DNA of 64,000 nucleotides, taken from the NCBI GenBank assembly GCA_018303855.1, contig JAGVXI010000006.1, positions 105,181-169,180 on the forward strand, in the 5' to 3' direction. Numbering within the stretch: the stretch's first letter is position 1; each line of letters begins with the position of its first letter. The notes beneath the pieces were generated by a model that had not been told where the DNA came from, searched no databases, and saw only the letters and a list, made by a program, of their open reading frames with translations. This document shows positions 62,624 through 64,000 of this stretch, one piece after another. Source of the stretch: Candidatus Pacearchaeota archaeon (GTDB lineage: Archaea > Nanobdellota > Nanobdellia > Pacearchaeales > GW2011-AR1). The position numbers and the translations under genes are program-made.

Positions 62624-63840
62624 AAGATTATTTTATTTTAGCTGTAAGAAATATTAAAAAAAGAAGATTAAGAAGTTGGCTTACCATGACAGGGATTTTT
62701 ATTTCAATAGCTGCTATCTTTGTTCTTGTTTCTTTATCTCTTGGGTTGCAAGGAGCTGTTAAAGAACAATTCAGGCAATTAGGAACAGATAAAATATTTA
62801 TTCAACCAAAAGGGCAGCTTGGGCCTCCTGGAAGTTCAAGTGTTGCAGCAGAATTAACAACAAAGGATGTAGATGTTATCAAAAAAGTTTCAGGAGTTAA
62901 GGAAGCTTCTTTTATGGTATTTGGAAATGCAAAAATAGAATTTAATGACAAAACAAGATATTACCTTATTTCTGGGATGGATACTGAAAATGAAAAAGCA
63001 CTTGAAGTTCTAATCGAAAGTTTTGGATTAAATGCTGATGAAGGCAGGCTCTTAGAAAAAGGAGATACAAATGATGTTGTGATTGGTAGTTTATATAATA
63101 ATAAAGAGCTTTTTGGAAAGAAGATTAATATTCGGGATAAGATAATAATAAATGATAAAGAATTTAGAGTTGTTGGAATAGCAAAAAGTGTTGGAAATCC
63201 AGGTGATGATCAAAATATTTACATGCCTTATAATACTTTTCAAGAACTGTTTAACTCTGGAGACAGAATTGATTTTATTTATGCCCAAGTTAATGAGGGA
63301 GAAAATATAAAAGAAATTGCACAAAGAATTGAAGAGAAACTTGACAATTTTAGAGATGTTAATGAAAAAACCCGTGATTACAGCATTTTAACGCCAGAAG
63401 AACTTTTATCAAGTTTTAATACAATACTTCAAATAATTACTGCTTTTTTAGGGGGAATTGCGGCAATCTCTCTTCTTGTCGGAGGTATAGGAATAATGAA
63501 TACTATGTACACAAGTGTTTTGGAAAGAACTAAAGAGATTGGGGTTATGAAAGCTGTCGGAGCACAGAACAAAGATATACTTTTAATTTTTTTAATTGAG
63601 TCTGGCTTGCTTGGACTAATAGGAGGGATAATTGGTGTGGTGCTTGGTTTTGGAATTGGAAAAATAATTGAATATATAGCAATAAATTCCCTTAATACAA
63701 CACTCCTTAGGATTAATGCACCTTTTTGGCTTATTTTTTCTTGTTTAGCTTTTGCTTTTTTAATAGGAGCTATTTCTGGAATTATACCTGCTTTTCAAGC
63801 AAGTAAAACAAATACAGTTGATGCTCTAAGGTATGAGTAA
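62617..63840 (+). CDS. MacB/FtsX-type ABC permease (copy 2)
   Basis: Same architecture as copy 1. GIMNTMYTSVLERTKEIGVMKAVGAQNKDILLIFLIESGLLGLIGGIIG. Confidence 0.85.
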   Translation: MLKDYFILAVRNIKKRRLRSWLTMTGIFISIAAIFVLVSLSLGLQGAVKEQFRQLGTDKIFIQPKGQLGPPGSSSVAAELTTKDVDVIKKVSGVKEASFMVFGNAKIEFNDKTRYYLISGMDTENEKALEVLIESFGLNADEGRLLEKGDTNDVVIGSLYNNKELFGKKINIRDKIIINDKEFRVVGIAKSVGNPGDDQNIYMPYNTFQELFNSGDRIDFIYAQVNEGENIKEIAQRIEEKLDNFRDVNEKTRDYSILTPEELLSSFNTILQIITAFLGGIAAISLLVGGIGIMNTMYTSVLERTKEIGVMKAVGAQNKDILLIFLIESGLLGLIGGIIGVVLGFGIGKIIEYIAINSLNTTLLRINAPFWLIFSCLAFAFLIGAISGIIPAFQASKTNTVDALRYE

Positions 63841-63929
63841 GTTTATTTCTAAAATTAAAAAATTAAACACAAATCTTTAAAAACTACCTTTGATTTTAAA
63901 CAAAATCATAAAATTAAAAAAGGTGAAAG

Positions 63930-64000
63930 ATGACAAAAAAATGTATTTATTGCAGCGCTGATGTTGAAGATACTTGTGTTATTGATTTTTGTGAAAAGTG
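63930..64000 (+). CDS. 5' end of a Cys-rich (zinc-ribbon-like) ORF truncated by the window edge
   Basis: MTKKCIYCSADVEDTCVIDFCEK... runs off the window. Confidence 0.3.
   Translation, partial: MTKKCIYCSADVEDTCVIDFCEK

Overview
AT-rich archaeal chromosome fragment (roughly 30% G+C by eye, not computed). Its gene content is typical of a small-genome DPANN-type archaeon: PolD, Orc1/Cdc6, aEF-1beta, L18e, RpoN, Rpp21, archaeal TyrRS and many class III (type IV pilin-like) signal peptides. All product calls come from motifs read in the supplied translations and the raw sequence. No similarity search was possible. Main blocks: (1) 3.6-14.2 kb, minus strand: a type IV pilus-like locus with a FlaI/PilB-type ATPase, a FlaJ/TadC-like platform, at least ten pilin-like or small TM proteins (three are below the ORF-track cutoff) and an A24 prepilin peptidase. 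(2) 14-26 kb: housekeeping genes (uppS, Hef helicase and a separately encoded ERCC4 nuclease, an IMPDH/GMP-reductase-type enzyme, 2H phosphoesterase, agmatinase). (3) 26-30 kb: a HEPN/MNT pair with repeated operator-like boxes, and an 888-aa Cys-rich surface protein preceded by a G11 homopolymer. (4) 30-37 kb: M16 peptidase, an Rmt/FmrO-like methyltransferase, a DRG-type GTPase and tyrS. (5) 37-44.8 kb: replication island orc1/cdc6 -> PolD DP1 -> HAD phosphatase -> PolD DP2, with a candidate oriC in the 736-bp gap upstream. (6) 45-51.3 kb: an accessory island rich in wHTH proteins, ending in an overlapping HNH / VRR-NUC / serine recombinase triad. This is probably an integrated element and is my best candidate for something undescribed. 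(7) 51.5-57.9 kb: L18e-(unknown 85 aa)-L13-S9, tRNA-Leu with an apparent AAG anticodon, an orphan 5S rRNA, rnp4, and an rpoN gene missed by the ORF track that appears to start at ATT. (8) 58.5-63.8 kb: a MacB/FtsX-type ABC locus with duplicated permeases and interleaved unknown small proteins. I saw no CRISPR array, 16S/23S rRNA or classical transposase.
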